35,873 nt of DNA from an uncultured Bacteroidota bacterium (GCA_903953615.1 CAJBKH010000027.1:1-35873), one strand, 5' to 3'; positions 17,059-27,896 are shown, counted from the stretch's first letter. Numbers and translations are program-made. Notes: generated by a model not told the origin, from the sequence alone.

Positions 17059-18855
17059 ATGAAAGCAACTATCACCGCACTTTTATTTAGCCTTACTTTT
17101 CTTTTAAATGCACAAACTGAAAAGTATATCAGCGACCTACCATTTAGTGGTTTAACCCAATTGGATAGCATCGCCAAAAACTACTCGGTGTTTTTTACAG
17201 GCGAAAACCATACCTATGCAAAAGAAAACTGCAACATTGAATTGGAAATGCTGCGTTACTTGAACAACCAAGTTGGCTTGCAACATTTCATTATTGAACT
17301 CGGTTTCTCGCGTGGTTATATTTTAAATGCCTATATCAACAATGATACAAGTTACTATTATAGCTTAAGGCGCACCACTGCCTATAACTATATGGCATTT
17401 TATCAGGCTTTAAGGACATACAATATGTCATTGCCAATTGAAAAAAGAATACAAGTCCATGGGGTAGATATTGAACGCTTTACGGATGATGGCCCCATAC
17501 TATTAGATAAATTATTGCCTCCTGATTCTGTTCCCGTACCAAAGGTACTTGAGTTTCAAATAGAAGTTATAAAATCGTTTGCATACTACGCCACAAACAA
17601 ATATTACTCTGAAATGGACCGAGAGGGTGAGGATTACGATCGATACTATGGCACTAGCCATTTCAGGGACCAGCCGACCATCGATACCATCTTATCCAAT
17701 TATGCGCAGAACAAATCCGACTACAAAAATTATTTGGATAGTAATTTCACAGTTTTTGATAAAGTCATGCAGAGTTTGGTTGAATTGCGCAAATGGCAAG
17801 AGTATTATCGAATGCCACACCAAAGCATTTATAGAGAAAGAAAAATTTATGAGAATGTAACAGCCCTTCTACAACAATACCCTGAAGGCAAATTCTATGG
17901 CCAATTTGGAAGATGCCATACTGGATTTGATGTCGACTACAATTGCAAATGGTCCAATATCAACTCAACAGCCTTGCGCCTTCACGAGGGTTCAGCCAAA
18001 GGCAAAACCTTGAACATCGGCATTTTTTACAATACAGAAAGGAACCGTTTGTCATCTTATGAATATTTTGAAGTGGAACTTTTAAAACACATGCCCTCGC
18101 AGTGTTCAAACACCAACACTTTGATTAAAGTACCCTCAACAGATTCAGCACTTAGTAAACATTTTCCATTTATACTTTACAACAACCCTTGTAATAAAAC
18201 GAAAGGCAACCGCTATGGCGATGATGCCTATGATGAAGATATTTTTGAATGGGCCACTTTATTAGACTTCGCTTATGGCAAGTCGTTTTACAATTTCGAC
18301 CAATTAAACCGCGGTTTACAGTTGGGTGGCAATGGATTTAAAAGCATGGTACAATCTATTAGCTTTGGGTACACTTATACTGATTTTGGCAATTACAACA
18401 TAGGGCGTTACGACCAACATTTAACCCAGAAAATTAACATTAATAATCTGCATTACACCTTAAGTGGTTTCGACTTAATGGAAGGTTACGGCTATCAACC
18501 GCATATTGGCAACCGCGCTGCTATTGGCATCTATGGCATTGTTGCATACAGCAGAATGGCTTTGTTAGTGGAAGATGATTCAGCTAAAATGGTAGCTGTA
18601 AATGGGTTCTCCCCAATTAAAAAATACCAATTTACCAACGATGCAGTTTCTGCAGGTGTTGGCATTGATTTAAGGGTTGCACTTTCACACACCTTTGGTT
18701 TTTTTGCACGTGGAAGATACTTGGTTGATTTTTCGAAAAAATATTGGAATATTTCTTCCGCTGGTCTTGGTGTTATGGATTCGAATTCACCCCAATTTTC
18801 GCATACCAATGCTAACTTGCAAATTGGTTTAAGTATTAATGTGGCTCCTAAATAA
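17059..18855 (+). CDS. Secreted hypothetical protein: N-terminal domain with two GxxH motifs plus a C-terminal beta-barrel-like region
   Basis: Signal peptide MKATITALLFSLTFLLNAQ. GENH is at 17200-17211 in the context FFTGENHTYAKEN...FIIELGF. GRCH is at 17908-17919. The C-terminal ~200 aa show alternating strand-like sequence. Confidence 0.55.
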   Translation: MKATITALLFSLTFLLNAQTEKYISDLPFSGLTQLDSIAKNYSVFFTGENHTYAKENCNIELEMLRYLNNQVGLQHFIIELGFSRGYILNAYINNDTSYYYSLRRTTAYNYMAFYQALRTYNMSLPIEKRIQVHGVDIERFTDDGPILLDKLLPPDSVPVPKVLEFQIEVIKSFAYYATNKYYSEMDREGEDYDRYYGTSHFRDQPTIDTILSNYAQNKSDYKNYLDSNFTVFDKVMQSLVELRKWQEYYRMPHQSIYRERKIYENVTALLQQYPEGKFYGQFGRCHTGFDVDYNCKWSNINSTALRLHEGSAKGKTLNIGIFYNTERNRLSSYEYFEVELLKHMPSQCSNTNTLIKVPSTDSALSKHFPFILYNNPCNKTKGNRYGDDAYDEDIFEWATLLDFAYGKSFYNFDQLNRGLQLGGNGFKSMVQSISFGYTYTDFGNYNIGRYDQHLTQKININNLHYTLSGFDLMEGYGYQPHIGNRAAIGIYGIVAYSRMALLVEDDSAKMVAVNGFSPIKKYQFTNDAVSAGVGIDLRVALSHTFGFFARGRYLVDFSKKYWNISSAGLGVMDSNSPQFSHTNANLQIGLSINVAPK

Positions 18856-18857
18856 TA

Positions 18858-19697
18858 TTACTTTTTTTGCAGGGCTTTGAATTCGTTTTTCAAGCCACTG
18901 TAACCAGTAATATCGACTTTAATTGAACCCACTGCGATATCGGCTTTTACACGCACCGGTATTTTGTTTTCATCATCACTTACCCAAATGGTCATGTCGT
19001 CTTTGTCTTTGAACACACGATCAACTACTAAAGTAGGTACGAACTTCAAGCAGCGAACAGTACCAATGTCGGTCTTAATGGTTTCTTTGCCATCGAACTT
19101 AAAACCGAGGTTGTAAATTTTGTTATCCAAATAAACATCGAGTGGATACTTGTCGCCCTTTTTGGCATTGCTAAAATCCATGTTGCGGATGTAATAAACT
19201 GCTGAAATAACATCTTGGGTATACTGCGGCATATCGAGTACACCTTTTGCGCCATACAATTTTTTCTTGCCGTGTTTAAAGGCCACCAAATCGTTGTCCA
19301 AATAATTATCTTCTTGTACACTTTTAGTGAACTTAATAGGTGCTACTGCTTCGGCATCAATATAAGTATCAAAACGGTCGCGCACTTTATACGCCCAGTC
19401 GAAAGACTTTAAGGTTTTGCCTTCTGCTTTTATATGGTAACATTTGCGTTCGTATTGCTCTTCTAATGCAGCACCAACCTCCATGGTAACAGTGGCGGCA
19501 TTGATGATACCATAGTGGATTCTAAAATTCAATTTTTCGTTGAATGTAAAAGCCGAGACAGTATATTTTCTATAGACAAATTCCTCGTTTGGCGTTTGGG
19601 TTAAATCGTTGGCAGATGTAAAGCCATAGAGGGCCAAAACAACAGATACAACGCCTAAAAAAAAGACTGATTTAAAAATAGGTGATTGATAATTCAT
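18858..19697 (-). CDS. DUF3108-like secreted protein
   Basis: It has a signal peptide. The region FNEKLNFRIHYGIINAATVTMEV and the overall length fit the DUF3108 pattern as I remember it. Confidence 0.5.
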   Translation of the reverse strand: MNYQSPIFKSVFFLGVVSVVLALYGFTSANDLTQTPNEEFVYRKYTVSAFTFNEKLNFRIHYGIINAATVTMEVGAALEEQYERKCYHIKAEGKTLKSFDWAYKVRDRFDTYIDAEAVAPIKFTKSVQEDNYLDNDLVAFKHGKKKLYGAKGVLDMPQYTQDVISAVYYIRNMDFSNAKKGDKYPLDVYLDNKIYNLGFKFDGKETIKTDIGTVRCLKFVPTLVVDRVFKDKDDMTIWVSDDENKIPVRVKADIAVGSIKVDITGYSGLKNEFKALQKK

Positions 19698-19739
19698 ATG
19701 TATTTTATTGTGATAAATTCAATAATCATTCCAAAACCT

Positions 19740-19747
19740 TATTTTTG
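19740..19747 (+). promoter_or_regulatory. Candidate -7 promoter box (TAnnTTTG)
   Basis: Exact TATTTTTG lies 10 nt upstream of the ATG at 19758. Confidence 0.4.
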
Positions 19748-19757
19748 AAAAAAATCC

Positions 19758-20879
19758 ATGGGCTACAAGGTATTCAAAATTTTTTCATTCATTTGCTTAA
19801 CGCTTCTAACAGCGCAGAAAGCAGAGGCACAACTCAACAACCAAATATTCGAGCAAAACGATTCGCTGATTCCGAACGATACACAAACGGTGCGTTTGCA
19901 TTTTGAATCGATTAACTATTTGCGCAACACCGAATATTTCGACATTATAGAAACTGGTCAAACCTACTTTGGCGCCATGCTTCAGATGCACCTTTCCTAT
20001 CAGCCATACAAAAATGTTTTATTAAAAGGGGGTCTACAAATCAAACAAGATTTTGGCAGTAACCGTTTGCAAAGTATAGCACCTGTTTTTAGTCTTACCA
20101 TTTTCAAACACCATTGGCGCCATAATTTTGGTATGTTGCAAGGCACTACCAATTTTGGGTTGATTGAACCCATGTTTAACATCGACCGGGCCATAACCAA
20201 TCGCATTGAGAATGGTATTCAAAGTGTCTACAAAAACAAGGGCGATTATTTCACCAATTGGTTGGTATGGGTTACACCTACCTACAGAGGAGCCACTAAC
20301 CAAGAGCAATTCAACACGGGGTTTGTGTGGGATAAACAATTAAAGGAAACAAAAAAATGGCGATTGGTATTTCCATTGCAGGGCACTTTGGCCCACCGTG
20401 GTGGTCAAATCAATTTGGGTTCTGTGCCCATTTTTTCAAGAGTAAATACGGCAGTTGGTTTAAAATTAAAATACACTGCCAATTCTATCTATTCCTTGCG
20501 CACAGAGCATTATTGGCTTCACGCTTCGGATTTTTCTCCAAGCATTACCCAACCTTATAAGAATGGATTTGCCAGTTGGCATACCTTGGCTATAAAAAGA
20601 AAAAATGTAGAATTAATGTTTAATTACTGGGCAGGAAGAGAGTGGCAATCGCCTATAGGTGCGCAGTTGTTTAACAATTATAATTTCTATAACCCCTACG
20701 AATACCGAAGGGTAAGACACATGGCTTTCTCACGCTTATTATTCACCCAAAAAGTGTATAATAACCTAATGTTGGATTTGCGTTTCGAGCCTTTTTATGA
20801 TTTTGAATACAAGGCATTTCAATACAGTTATTCGGTGTATTTGAAGTTAAATCTGAATCGCAGCTTAGGGAAAATATAA
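19758..20879 (+). CDS. Hypothetical secreted / outer-membrane protein
   Basis: Signal peptide (FSFICLTLLTAQKAEAQ) and a beta-rich, aromatic-rich composition. Confidence 0.5.
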   Translation: MGYKVFKIFSFICLTLLTAQKAEAQLNNQIFEQNDSLIPNDTQTVRLHFESINYLRNTEYFDIIETGQTYFGAMLQMHLSYQPYKNVLLKGGLQIKQDFGSNRLQSIAPVFSLTIFKHHWRHNFGMLQGTTNFGLIEPMFNIDRAITNRIENGIQSVYKNKGDYFTNWLVWVTPTYRGATNQEQFNTGFVWDKQLKETKKWRLVFPLQGTLAHRGGQINLGSVPIFSRVNTAVGLKLKYTANSIYSLRTEHYWLHASDFSPSITQPYKNGFASWHTLAIKRKNVELMFNYWAGREWQSPIGAQLFNNYNFYNPYEYRRVRHMAFSRLLFTQKVYNNLMLDLRFEPFYDFEYKAFQYSYSVYLKLNLNRSLGKI

Positions 20880-20934
20880 ATGCTGCAATTTATTCCCTAA
20901 ATTGACGTTAATGAATTTATTAACTTCCCATCCA

Positions 20935-22395
20935 ATGAAAAAAATACTTTTCTTAATTTCCCTTTATGTCCCTCTATTTTCACAAGCGCAAGAATTTGAC
21001 TTGAACAAATATAAATACCGTTTTCAACGCTACCAATCGGCTCAATTCAATTTTAATTTTACTGGAAACAATGACTATCAAATGAACCGTCAAATGTATA
21101 TCGATAAAATAAACAATTCGCCAACGACACATTATAAAACAGATAAGAACACTTTAAATTTAAGTATTGGTTTGCCTTTTAATTTTTACAGAATTATTAA
21201 TACGGAAGACTTGCAACACAATCAGAGTCTAAATTTTTCATCTGGATTTTCTTCGACAAACGAAATTCGAAACAATTTTAAAGGCGGCAATTTGAATTTG
21301 CAATACAATGTGAACAACCGATATTACAATAGCAGAAAGTTTACAGAACTCAATTATGGTATAAATACAAACACCTATTACTACAATTCCATGGTCGATC
21401 AACAACCCTTCTATTATAGGAATAGCAGAAACAATTACAATAGCGGCAGTTTCAATTTAAATATTGGCGTTGGCAAGGGCCGATTGGAATATGTTTCGGA
21501 TGCAGTAACCACCATTTTTTTGTTACAAGATTTAAAAAGAAAAGCAGGCATAGGCAACTATACCACAGAACAAATTGAAAATATTGCCAAAGGCGTTACC
21601 AAAATCAACAACACGCGTTTTATGGATTTCAGGTACCGATTAATCGATCAGTTAACCTTGCTGGATAGCACTTTAACAAATAATGGCATAGCACCGACAA
21701 GTGCTATAAAATACTTTACAACCATTAACGACAATTGGTTGTACGCCACTAGTTTTCAGCGCATGAGTGGCAGCAGATGGTCGGTTCTTGGTGATTTTAC
21801 TGGCAACTCAGTTTTCTCTATTTATCGTTCAAAAGCATCTGATACGTCTTCTATTAATACCAGCCGCTATCAATCTAATTATTTATATACTGGCCTTAGT
21901 TTTAATTATGCTTGGTCGAAACAATTGGGATTAAAAGTACAACGCAGTTTTCATGCAAAGGCTAGCAGTGGTTATAATTTCACAACCCAGCAGTATAGTT
22001 ACTCATCAGATAATCAGTCATCAACAGATAATAAGAACAAACCAGATAGACTTAATTCAGCCATAACTTTAGACTATGGCTACCTTTATCAACCTAATAC
22101 AAGAACCTACATACAAGTAGAATTAAACCTAACCACCACATATAACTATTCTTTATATGGCAGCAGGGTTAGCAATCTAGACCATTCAAAATACGACCAA
22201 TGCCAAACTCAATTAACACCGCGTCTCAGTGTTTTTAAGTTCTTTAATCCACACTTCAATTATAACTTAACAGCAAGCATGCCTGCTGTGAGTACCGTTT
22301 CTAAAAACTCGGGCGACAAGCGCCTAACAGATATCAATTCCAGCTACCAATTTCCATTAACGGTAAACATGGGTTTCACCTATACCTTCTTTTAA
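20935..22395 (+). CDS. Hypothetical outer-membrane beta-barrel protein
   Basis: Start set to MKKILFLISLYVPLFSQAQ. The protein is rich in N, Y and S and has a C-terminal ...GFTYTFF typical of OMPs. Confidence 0.55.
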   Translation: MKKILFLISLYVPLFSQAQEFDLNKYKYRFQRYQSAQFNFNFTGNNDYQMNRQMYIDKINNSPTTHYKTDKNTLNLSIGLPFNFYRIINTEDLQHNQSLNFSSGFSSTNEIRNNFKGGNLNLQYNVNNRYYNSRKFTELNYGINTNTYYYNSMVDQQPFYYRNSRNNYNSGSFNLNIGVGKGRLEYVSDAVTTIFLLQDLKRKAGIGNYTTEQIENIAKGVTKINNTRFMDFRYRLIDQLTLLDSTLTNNGIAPTSAIKYFTTINDNWLYATSFQRMSGSRWSVLGDFTGNSVFSIYRSKASDTSSINTSRYQSNYLYTGLSFNYAWSKQLGLKVQRSFHAKASSGYNFTTQQYSYSSDNQSSTDNKNKPDRLNSAITLDYGYLYQPNTRTYIQVELNLTTTYNYSLYGSRVSNLDHSKYDQCQTQLTPRLSVFKFFNPHFNYNLTASMPAVSTVSKNSGDKRLTDINSSYQFPLTVNMGFTYTFF

Positions 22396-22403
22396 ATATA
22401 GCA

Positions 22404-22436
22404 TAAAAAAAGCCCCAAACAATTGGGGCTTTTTTA
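22404..22436. terminator. Bidirectional intrinsic terminator
   Basis: AAAAAAA-AGCCCCA-AACAAT-TGGGGCT-TTTTT lies between convergent genes (the 20935-22395 gene and rny). Confidence 0.8.
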
Positions 22437-22453
22437 TTATTAATATTGTTTAT

Positions 22454-23998
22454 TTACTTGGCGAAATTAACCGCGCGTTTCTCACGAATGACGGTGATCT
22501 TAATCTGACCAGGGTAAATCATTTCTTTCATAATGCGTTGTGAAATTTCAAAGCTTAGGTTGTCTGCTTCTGCATCGGTTGCTTTATCGCTATCTACCAT
22601 TACACGTAACTCTCTACCGGCTTGAATTGCAAAGGCTTTATCTACCCCTTTGAAACTCATGGCCAGGCCTTCTAAGTCTTTCAAACGCTTAATGTATTGC
22701 TCGGTATCTTCTCTTCTAGCACCAGGGCGAGAACCACTGATGGCATCGCAAGCTTGAATGATAGGCGACAACATACTGGTCATTTCAATTTCATCGTGGT
22801 GGGCACCAATGGCATTTACAACCTCTGGATGTTCGCCATATTTCTCGGCCCATTTCATCCCTAACAAAGCGTGCGGTGTTTCAGCATCATCTTCGGGCAC
22901 TTTACCAATATCGTGTAATAAACCAGCGCGCTTCGCTAATTTAGCATTTAAGCCAAACTCGCTCGCCATGGTAGCACATAGGTTGGCTACCTCGCGACTG
23001 TGTTTCAATAAATTCTGACCATAAGATGAACGGTAGCGCATTCTACCAACGATACGAATCAACTCAGGGTGTAAACCTGTAATGCCTAAATCGATGACTG
23101 TTCTTTGTCCTATTTCAATGATCTCTTGTTCTAAATCCTTTTTGGTTTTTTCTACAACCTCTTCGATACGTGCAGGGTGTATTCTACCATCGGCCACCAA
23201 GCGGTGTAATGACAAACGGGCAATCTCACGTCTTACTGGATCAAAGCCAGATAACACAATGGCTTCTGGGGTATCATCCACAATAATTTCGATACCTGTG
23301 GCTGCTTCTAATGCGCGAATGTTTCTACCTTCGCGACCAATGATACGACCTTTAACATCATCGTTATCGAGGTTAAATACAGTCACAGTATTTTCAATTG
23401 CAGTTTCTGCTGCAGTTCTTTGAATGGTTTGCAATACCACACGTTTAGCATCGCGGGTTGCATTTAATTTGGCCTCTTCAATAATGATTTTAGATTGGCT
23501 GATGGCTTCTGTGTGAGCATCTGCTTTTACGGCTTCAATCATTTGTGCTTTGGCTTCTTCGGCAGAAAGATTCGCAACTTTTTCCAACATTTTAATTTGT
23601 TGTTGTCTTACTTGCTCAATGTCTTGGTCTTTCTTTTCTAAGGCTTGTTGGTGACTGCTCACTTGTTGTTTCAAACGGTCGAGATCAGTCTCTTTTTGTT
23701 TAACACCTCTTAGTTTATCCTCTAGCGATTGTTCTTTTTGCTTGATTCTCATTTCAGAATTTTGCAATTCAGAATTTCTTCTTTGAACGTCCTTATCGTA
23801 TTCAGATTTAAGGGTTAAGTATTTCTCTTTAGATTCAAGCATCTTGCTTTGTTTAATAGATTCAGCTTTTGTTTTAGCTTCCTCCAACAACAAGTTGGCT
23901 TGTGCCTGGTTTTGTTTTTTCACAATTGGCATTCCGGCAAAGAACCCAATCGCTAGCCCTACTACAAGGCCAATTACGATGATCAATATGTCAGTCAT
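22454..23998 (-). CDS. rny: Ribonuclease Y
   Basis: N-terminal TM helix, a long charged coiled coil, a KH domain ([15 protein letters not shown]) and an HD domain (HSREVANL...GLLHDIGK). Confidence 0.93.
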   Translation of the reverse strand: MTDILIIVIGLVVGLAIGFFAGMPIVKKQNQAQANLLLEEAKTKAESIKQSKMLESKEKYLTLKSEYDKDVQRRNSELQNSEMRIKQKEQSLEDKLRGVKQKETDLDRLKQQVSSHQQALEKKDQDIEQVRQQQIKMLEKVANLSAEEAKAQMIEAVKADAHTEAISQSKIIIEEAKLNATRDAKRVVLQTIQRTAAETAIENTVTVFNLDNDDVKGRIIGREGRNIRALEAATGIEIIVDDTPEAIVLSGFDPVRREIARLSLHRLVADGRIHPARIEEVVEKTKKDLEQEIIEIGQRTVIDLGITGLHPELIRIVGRMRYRSSYGQNLLKHSREVANLCATMASEFGLNAKLAKRAGLLHDIGKVPEDDAETPHALLGMKWAEKYGEHPEVVNAIGAHHDEIEMTSMLSPIIQACDAISGSRPGARREDTEQYIKRLKDLEGLAMSFKGVDKAFAIQAGRELRVMVDSDKATDAEADNLSFEISQRIMKEMIYPGQIKITVIREKRAVNFAK

Positions 23999-24066
23999 AT
24001 ATTCTTATATTTATTTAAAGAACATTGCTCATCAAAAAACAATTGAAAAATTTAATAGCAGTAATA

Positions 24067-24366
24067 CTAGGACTTAAGCAGTGATTCAATTTCACTTAAC
24101 TCATGCGCTAGCAATGAAAGATCTTGGGGTGGAGCCTGTGGTTGTTGCATCACCGTCTCCTTTTTTAGTCCGTCAACGGCATATTCAAGTGCGGCCATGG
24201 CAAGACCATCCACTTTGTCTTTTGCTGAGAAACTATTATTAAAAAAGGCCATCTTTTCATTTAAAAGCTTAACAGCTTTTCTTACATATTCTTCTTCGAA
24301 GGCATTGATCTGCAAAGGATACATCCTGTCACCTACATTCACTTTAATAGATATTTCGTTTGCCAT
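24067..24366 (-). CDS. zapA: Cell division protein ZapA
   Basis: A 99-aa protein (ISIKVNVGDRMYPLQINAFEEEYVRKAVKLLNEKM...) with a ZapA-like N-terminal domain and a helical tail. It lies directly upstream of rny. Confidence 0.75.
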   Translation of the reverse strand: MANEISIKVNVGDRMYPLQINAFEEEYVRKAVKLLNEKMAFFNNSFSAKDKVDGLAMAALEYAVDGLKKETVMQQPQAPPQDLSLLAHELSEIESLLKS

Positions 24367-24467
24367 TCGGGTTATTAAATCATCAATTATGCTTTTTCAT
24401 CAGCAATAATTCCAATGCAATTTTAAGCAATTTTATTTAAACTTTAGTATTAATTTGATGATTACAA

Positions 24468-24475
24468 CAAATTTA
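24468..24475 (-). promoter_or_regulatory. Candidate -7 promoter box upstream of zapA
   Basis: The minus strand reads TAAATTTG, about 100 nt upstream of the zapA ATG. Confidence 0.3.
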
Positions 24476-24500
24476 CAGTCAAGAAAGCTGTAAACACGTA

Positions 24501-25133
24501 TTACTGAATGGGCACAGGCCCTTCTCTGATCAATTCTGGCTCATCGGCACTGCAGTCGATTACAGCCGAACCAATGGTGCCACTATCGCCCGTATCCACT
24601 ATCATTTTTACCTTGTATTGATAGGCCGCTTCAATGACCTCGGGGGTGATCAGCATTTCTGTTAAATCGTCGGGGTGATGGACCGAAGCCGCCACCAAGG
24701 GTTCGCCAATGAGCTCCACGAGTTTTTGAGGCACTAAATGGTCGGGCACCCTAATACCAATGGTTTTCCTGTTGTTCAAAAACAATTTGGGCACCTTGTT
24801 ATTGGCTTTCAAAATAAATGTAAACGGCCCTGGCAAATTTCTATTGATGAGTTTGTAAGTGCTCTTACTGAATTGTAGGGTATAGTCGCTGATGTTTTTT
24901 AAGTCGCTACAAATAATCGAAAGATTGGCGCGCTCTGGGCGTTTGCCTACCAATTTACAAATGGCCTCTATGCCCGATTTATTGGAGAGGGCACAAACAA
25001 AAGCGTAAAAAGTATCGGTTGGACAAACTATGATTTCTCCTGCCAATAGTAAATCGGCTGCTTTCTGCATAATTCTGTCATCTGGATTGCTTGAGGATAC
25101 TTCGTAGCTGAGCATAAAAAAAGCGCATCCCAT
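24501..25133 (-). CDS. tsaC: L-threonylcarbamoyladenylate synthase (YrdC/TsaC type)
   Basis: YrdC-domain signature (LLLAGEIIVCPTDTFYAFVCAL...GPFTFIL...IGIRVPDH). The start is uncertain between the ATGs at 25133 and 25115. Confidence 0.8.
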   Translation of the reverse strand: MGCAFFMLSYEVSSSNPDDRIMQKAADLLLAGEIIVCPTDTFYAFVCALSNKSGIEAICKLVGKRPERANLSIICSDLKNISDYTLQFSKSTYKLINRNLPGPFTFILKANNKVPKLFLNNRKTIGIRVPDHLVPQKLVELIGEPLVAASVHHPDDLTEMLITPEVIEAAYQYKVKMIVDTGDSGTIGSAVIDCSADEPELIREGPVPIQ

Positions 25134-25149
25134 GGCTGGAATACACCTT

Positions 25150-25157
25150 CAAAGGTA
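25150..25157 (-). promoter_or_regulatory. Candidate -7 promoter box (TAnnTTTG)
   Basis: The minus strand reads TACCTTTG, 16 nt upstream of the ATG at 25133. Confidence 0.35.
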
Positions 25158-25172
25158 TTACTAAAATCGCAA

Positions 25173-26213
25173 TTATAGTTTATCGCCAAACTTGGCCGAG
25201 AACCCTATGCCAAAAAAGTTCTTTAATTGAATACTAATTTGTTTGCCTTCCTTACTAGGATTGGTGTCTACATCATAGTCGTAAATCAATTGGTTGATTA
25301 AACTCACGGTTATGAATTTGTTGATTTTCATGTTCAAGGTGTTTTGCCAGTTAACATCGATGTTTTGTCCGAAATTTTGATAATTATTGAATAACTCTAA
25401 ACGCGATTGCAAATTGATGTTTTTCGCCAAATCTTTTTTCAAAAATATATTGGCATACCACCCTAATTCCTGTCTTAAGGTTTCTCCATTTTTTATTTTC
25501 TTAGGCGCCTTGCCTCCTACTGTATCAGAATAATCATACACCGCAGGTTTAACACCGAAGACTCCTAAATCGGCTAATCTTTGCTCTCGCACGATGGTAT
25601 ATTTTGCGGTGATGGGCGATACGTATACCGACAACCATGACTTTGGTTTATAATCGATACCAACGGATAAGTATCCAAATCCTTGGGCGAGAAAATTTGA
25701 CACGTGGTTGTTCTCTCTAAAGATATCTTCCTTGGCCCAACCTTGGAACATTTGTGTGTTCAAACTGAACAAGCCTGAAAGGTTAAGTTTAGCGTTTATT
25801 TTTCGACCGTATTTACTGGTGAAAACCAATTTATCTTCATTCTTAACAAATGGATTGGTTTTGCCAAAATAAGGACTGTTTACATCTCTTATTTTGCCTT
25901 CACCATTGCGAATAACGCCATAGGCCAAATCCAAATAATGCTCCCACATATTCTTCATGTCTTTAGAATGGTAAATGGCAAACAAACTTGAGTTGGCGAT
26001 TAGGGCGGTGTTATTGGTACCACCCGAAGCCCAATTCGAGAAAGTAGTATTTGATATATTAGTACTAAAGAAGCCTCCTTTGATCCAACCCGTATCGGTA
26101 TTGGCTTTTAATGCAGTACCAGCGGCAGCTACTTTTTTAACATCTTCTTCTTGTGCATTCGCATTGAACGCTGCGAGCAATAGGACGAGTCCTGTAATAA
26201 TTTTTTTTGTCAT
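25173..26213 (-). CDS. DUF3078-like outer-membrane protein
   Basis: It has a signal peptide. The region GWIKGGFFSTNISNTTFSNWASGGTNNTALIANSSLFAIY matches the DUF3078 pattern as I remember it. Confidence 0.55.
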   Translation of the reverse strand: MTKKIITGLVLLLAAFNANAQEEDVKKVAAAGTALKANTDTGWIKGGFFSTNISNTTFSNWASGGTNNTALIANSSLFAIYHSKDMKNMWEHYLDLAYGVIRNGEGKIRDVNSPYFGKTNPFVKNEDKLVFTSKYGRKINAKLNLSGLFSLNTQMFQGWAKEDIFRENNHVSNFLAQGFGYLSVGIDYKPKSWLSVYVSPITAKYTIVREQRLADLGVFGVKPAVYDYSDTVGGKAPKKIKNGETLRQELGWYANIFLKKDLAKNINLQSRLELFNNYQNFGQNIDVNWQNTLNMKINKFITVSLINQLIYDYDVDTNPSKEGKQISIQLKNFFGIGFSAKFGDKL

Positions 26214-26282
26214 TGTATGTTGATTTGTGATTTTTATAAAGCCTGCTTTAACTCCTAATTAAAATGGCTTTAACTGTTGGGC

Positions 26283-26317
26283 AAAAAAAATGCCAGACCT
26301 GGTCGGTCTGGCATTTT
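26283..26317 (-). terminator. Intrinsic terminator after mscL
   Basis: A 9-bp stem (TGCCAGACC-TGGTC-GGTCTGGCA). On the minus strand it is followed by a run of 8 T. Confidence 0.8.
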
Positions 26318-26330
26318 GGTTAGTATGTTT

Positions 26331-26621
26331 TTAACCTTTGATTTCTTTAGCCTTGTTCATCGCTTTAATGATCAAGAATAAGATAAAGGCTACGATTAAG
26401 AAATTCATTGAAGCGGCGATTAGTTTACCATAAGTAAACGGTCCTAATTTCAACAACTCTATGCTTTCGAAACCACCAGCAAATGCAATGATTGGCATGA
26501 TAATGTCGTTGACTATAGAGGTTACGATTTTTTCGAATGCAGCTCCTAAGATGACTGCTACGGCTAAGTCTATAACATTTCCTTTGTTAATAAACGCTTT
26601 AAATTCTGAAATTAAACTCAT
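26331..26621 (-). CDS. mscL: Large-conductance mechanosensitive channel, unusually short
   Basis: MSLISEFKAFINKGNVIDLAVAVILGAAFEKIVTSIVNDIIMP aligns with the canonical MscL N-terminus and TM1. TM2 is present (MNFLIVAFILFLIIKAM). The protein is only 96 aa. Confidence 0.85.
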   Translation of the reverse strand: MSLISEFKAFINKGNVIDLAVAVILGAAFEKIVTSIVNDIIMPIIAFAGGFESIELLKLGPFTYGKLIAASMNFLIVAFILFLIIKAMNKAKEIKG

Positions 26622-26684
26622 ATGATTGTAATTATATTGAGGGCAATAATACTAAATTTAATACTAAATTTCATTATGTTAAAA

Positions 26685-27896
26685 TTAAGCTAAAACTTCT
26701 TTAACTAATTGTGCTGCTTCTTTTAATAAAATCGCTGATTTTACTTGTAATCCACTTTCGTCAATTAGTTTTTTAGCTTCAACGGCATTGGTACCTTGTA
26801 ATCTTACAATGATTGGAATATTGATATTGCCTAATTTGTTATAAGCATCTACAACACCTTGTGCAACCCTGTCGCAACGCACAATACCACCGAAGATATT
26901 AATCAAAATAGCCTTTACATTTGGATCGCTTAAAATGATTTTAAAACCAGCTTCAACTGTCTCAGCGTTAGCAGTACCACCTACGTCTAAGAAATTAGCC
27001 GGCTCACCACCACTCAATTTAATGATATCCATGGTAGCCATTGCTAAACCAGCACCGTTTACCATACAACCTACGTTACCATCTAATTTAACATAGTTTA
27101 AGTTGAATTTTTTAGCTTCTACTTCTGTAGGATCTTCTTCGCTCTCATCACGTAAAGCTTCGTAATCTTTGTGTCTGTATAAAGCGTTCTCATCTAAATC
27201 CACTTTCGCATCAACAGCAATGATTTTATCATCAGATGTTTTTAACACTGGATTGATTTCGAACATGGCGCTATCGGTTTCATCGTATGCTTTGTAAAGT
27301 GCAGTTACGAATTTCTCCATTTCTTTTTCAGCAGTACCAGTTAAACCAAGGTTAAAAGCGATTTTACGCGCTTGAAAAGCTTGGAATCCAATTTTAGGAT
27401 CAACCCACTCTCTGTGAATTTTTTCTGGGGTATGTTCTGCTACTTCTTCGATGTCCATACCACCTTCGGTAGTGTAAATGATAACATTTTTACCTTTTGC
27501 TCTATCTAAAAGTACACTCATATAGTACTCTTTGGTTTCGCTTGCACCTGGATAGTAAACATCCTGAGCAATTAATATCTTACTTACTTTTTTACCTTTT
27601 TCGCCAGTTTGAATGGTTACAAGGGTATTGCCTAATAAATTGGTGGCAATTTCAGAAACCGCATCTAGGTTTTTTGCTAATGCAACACCTCTTTGCTCCG
27701 AACCAACAATTTTACCTTTACCTCTGCCACCTGCGTGGATTTGGGCTTTCACCACTACCCAGTCGCTGCCGGTTTGCGCTTGAATGTCTTTTGCTGCCTG
27801 CACTGCCGCTGCCGGCGTTTCAGCAACAATCCCTTCCTGAATGGCTACACCATAGGATTTTAAAATTTGTTTGGCTTGGTATTCGTGAATGTTCAT
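26685..27896 (-). CDS. sucC: Succinate--CoA ligase (ADP-forming) beta subunit
   Basis: [17 protein letters not shown]..., an ATP-grasp domain, and ...[18 protein letters not shown]... plus ...GGIVRCD.... Confidence 0.93.
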   Translation of the reverse strand: MNIHEYQAKQILKSYGVAIQEGIVAETPAAAVQAAKDIQAQTGSDWVVVKAQIHAGGRGKGKIVGSEQRGVALAKNLDAVSEIATNLLGNTLVTIQTGEKGKKVSKILIAQDVYYPGASETKEYYMSVLLDRAKGKNVIIYTTEGGMDIEEVAEHTPEKIHREWVDPKIGFQAFQARKIAFNLGLTGTAEKEMEKFVTALYKAYDETDSAMFEINPVLKTSDDKIIAVDAKVDLDENALYRHKDYEALRDESEEDPTEVEAKKFNLNYVKLDGNVGCMVNGAGLAMATMDIIKLSGGEPANFLDVGGTANAETVEAGFKIILSDPNVKAILINIFGGIVRCDRVAQGVVDAYNKLGNINIPIIVRLQGTNAVEAKKLIDESGLQVKSAILLKEAAQLVKEVLA

